Part shown: one piece after another, positions 62,175 through 64,000 of the stretch | How positions within the stretch are numbered: position 1 is the stretch's first letter | Layout: each line of letters opens with the position of its first letter | Made by a program: the position numbers and the translations under genes | Notes under the pieces: generated by a model | The model's database searches: none | Told to the model about the DNA's origin: nothing | The model's input: the letters and a program-made list of their open reading frames with translations, nothing else | Origin: Eledone cirrhosa | Taxonomy: Eukaryota | NCBI GenBank assembly: GCA_964016885.1 | Contig: OZ024750.1 | Coordinates: forward strand, 62,001-126,000 | DNA length: 64,000 nucleotides | Direction: 5' to 3'

Positions 62175-62253
62175 CAGGGTGTGGACGATATCTGTTTGCA
62201 AGATTACTGTCTAGGAAAAAATAACACAGTAGTTTTATTTTTTAAGATATATT

Positions 62254-63690
62254 TGTAGCAAGAGTTGCCTCCCCTGCCATGACAAACTCATCATCGCTCT
62301 CTTGACAGGAAGTAGGGGGAGTTGCTTCCCTTTGGGATTGACAGTCTCCCTGTTGGTCACTTCCGGTCAACTCATATAAAAGGAGCAGTTTACCACGAGA
62401 TCTCTATCTCGCCTCCTGATTCCTGAAGTGGTAACACCTTCGACCCTAGCTTGTGATGATTCCTTCTTGACGACCCTTTCGTTACCAAGAACAATGCAAC
62501 TTGCAGCCTGAGATGAGAGCCTAAGATGTCTCTACCAACGTCAGCCTTGTATTATGACCACCCGAGCCACAAATACCCCAATATTTCTCTCTTGTGCATA
62601 CACCTGCTCCTTCTGCCCCACCTTCACCTACATACAAGACTACGACCCGTTCCGGTTGGAGAGTCCACTGGCTCAAAAAGTTCTGCCAAACTATTTTTAT
62701 GTGAACTGGCCATTGGAGCCTTATATATATATTTTTTTTTTTTCTTGCTGTTCTTGTTATTTATTGATTTATTGTATTACAATGTACCTCTCATTACCAT
62801 TTAACTGGATGTATATATATGTTTTTCGTTTCCTTTACAACGAACATTTTAAGCTATATTCTTCTATTTGCCGGTTTATAAATTTACCACGTAAATTTGC
62901 CGTTGAAAACCGCGCATTTATTAAGAATGCTTATTTCTCTGGTCGCTGGCCTCTTGATCCTTCCAGGTCAATGCATTCACAACATCAACAACAACAACAC
63001 AGCTTCATCAACAACTAAAACCAGCAGAACAAGCCAGACAATTTATTTCTGCAGCACTCTGCCTGTGAGAAATTCCCTTCGGAAGTTGGAAATTTCATGT
63101 TATACCACAGACCAGAAACCACCTGCATTCATTCTCTGGAACACATTCTTTACTGCTGTCATGTGACTGCACACATGTTAACTGTATTTTGGATATTTGA
63201 ACTTTTGACCTCTTCTCTTACTTTCATTACTTTGTACCACAATTTTCATGCCTCTTACATGCTCGCCATCTTACTCCATGCATGCTTCTTTCGATTTTTA
63301 TGTTTTAAAAATCTGGCGGGGGATAATGTAGCAAGAGTTGCCTCCCCTGCCATGACAAACTCATCATCGCTCTCTAGACAGGAAGTAGGGGGGGTTGCTT
63401 CCCTTTGGGATTGACAGACTCCCTGTTGGTCACTTCTGGTCAACTCATATAAAAGGAGCAGTTTACCACGAGATCTCTCTCTCGCCTCCTGAAGTGGTAA
63501 CACCTTCGACCCTAGCTTGTGATGATTGCTTCTTGACGACCCTTTTGTTACCAAGAACAATGCAACTTGCAGCCTGAGATGAGAGCCTAAGATGTCTCTA
63601 CCAACTTCAGCCTTGTATTATGACCATCGGGTAACAAATCCTTATATTTAATGCCTTTGACTTCCATGAAGTAAAAACTTTATTATAACA
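62254..63690 (+). mobile_element. LTR pair with short internal region (non-autonomous or deleted LTR retrotransposon)
   Basis: About 300-bp direct repeats 62254-62560 and 63327-63626 starting TGTAGCA, each with TATAAAAG; purine tract GGCGGGGGATAA directly before the second; likely end ...ATAACA at 63690. Confidence 0.75.
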
Positions 63691-63802
63691 CACACACCGG
63701 TATTTACTGTCTTTTATATTATGTTGTATGTACACCGATACTAATTTCCTAAATATTTATCAAACTTGGGTCAGTTTGTCTTCATGACTTGTTCTTTCGA
63801 TC

Positions 63803-64000
63803 TCACTCGATAAACCCGCCATTGGCTTTGATGACGGCTTCAAGGCGGCCTCAGAACCAGCTACAGGCCTTCGTTACTGTCCCCCGACTTAGGTCCCTAA
63901 ATGCACTTGTGATCCTGGCCTTCAGATCGTCTTTCGTATTGCAGCTAGATCTGTTGGTGTCTCATTCCACTGCGCCCCACACAAAGAAGTCGAGGGGGTT
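63803..64000 (-). pseudogene. Tc1/mariner-superfamily transposase C-terminus (runs off window)
   Basis: NPLDFFVWGAVE*DTN...LKARITSAF...KACSWF*GRLEAVIKANGGFIE*. Confidence 0.8.

Noticed and set aside
62554-63018. 154-aa ORF inside the LTR element
   Set aside because: Low-complexity AT-rich translation with no gag, pol or env motifs.

Overview
AT-rich, repeat-dense eukaryotic (animal) DNA. The SINE/RTE repertoire and huge (TA)n tracts suggest an octopus-like cephalopod, which is an inference. There are two host genes in head-to-head orientation. One is a 15-exon TIMM44 (minus strand, CDS 47497->22437, about 510 aa, all GT-AG introns with consistent phases, reconstructed by hand). The other is a UBOX5/RNF37-like U-box+RING E3 ligase with a single coding exon (plus strand, 52260-53924). 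The rest is transposon-derived: several RTE-clade LINE subfamilies (two near full-length), tRNA-derived SINEs, non-autonomous Helitrons, Tc1/mariner and pogo remnants, an LTR pair, and a 4.2 kb TA/TAATG satellite. Two signals stand out. First, at least seven type I hammerhead-ribozyme-like motifs from several unrelated families, often in inverted pairs, suggest Penelope-like or retrozyme elements. Second, a C4HC3 PHD finger is inserted at the end of the RT domain of the RTE ORF in five copies. No prokaryotic systems, CRISPR arrays or bona fide tRNA/rRNA genes were found.
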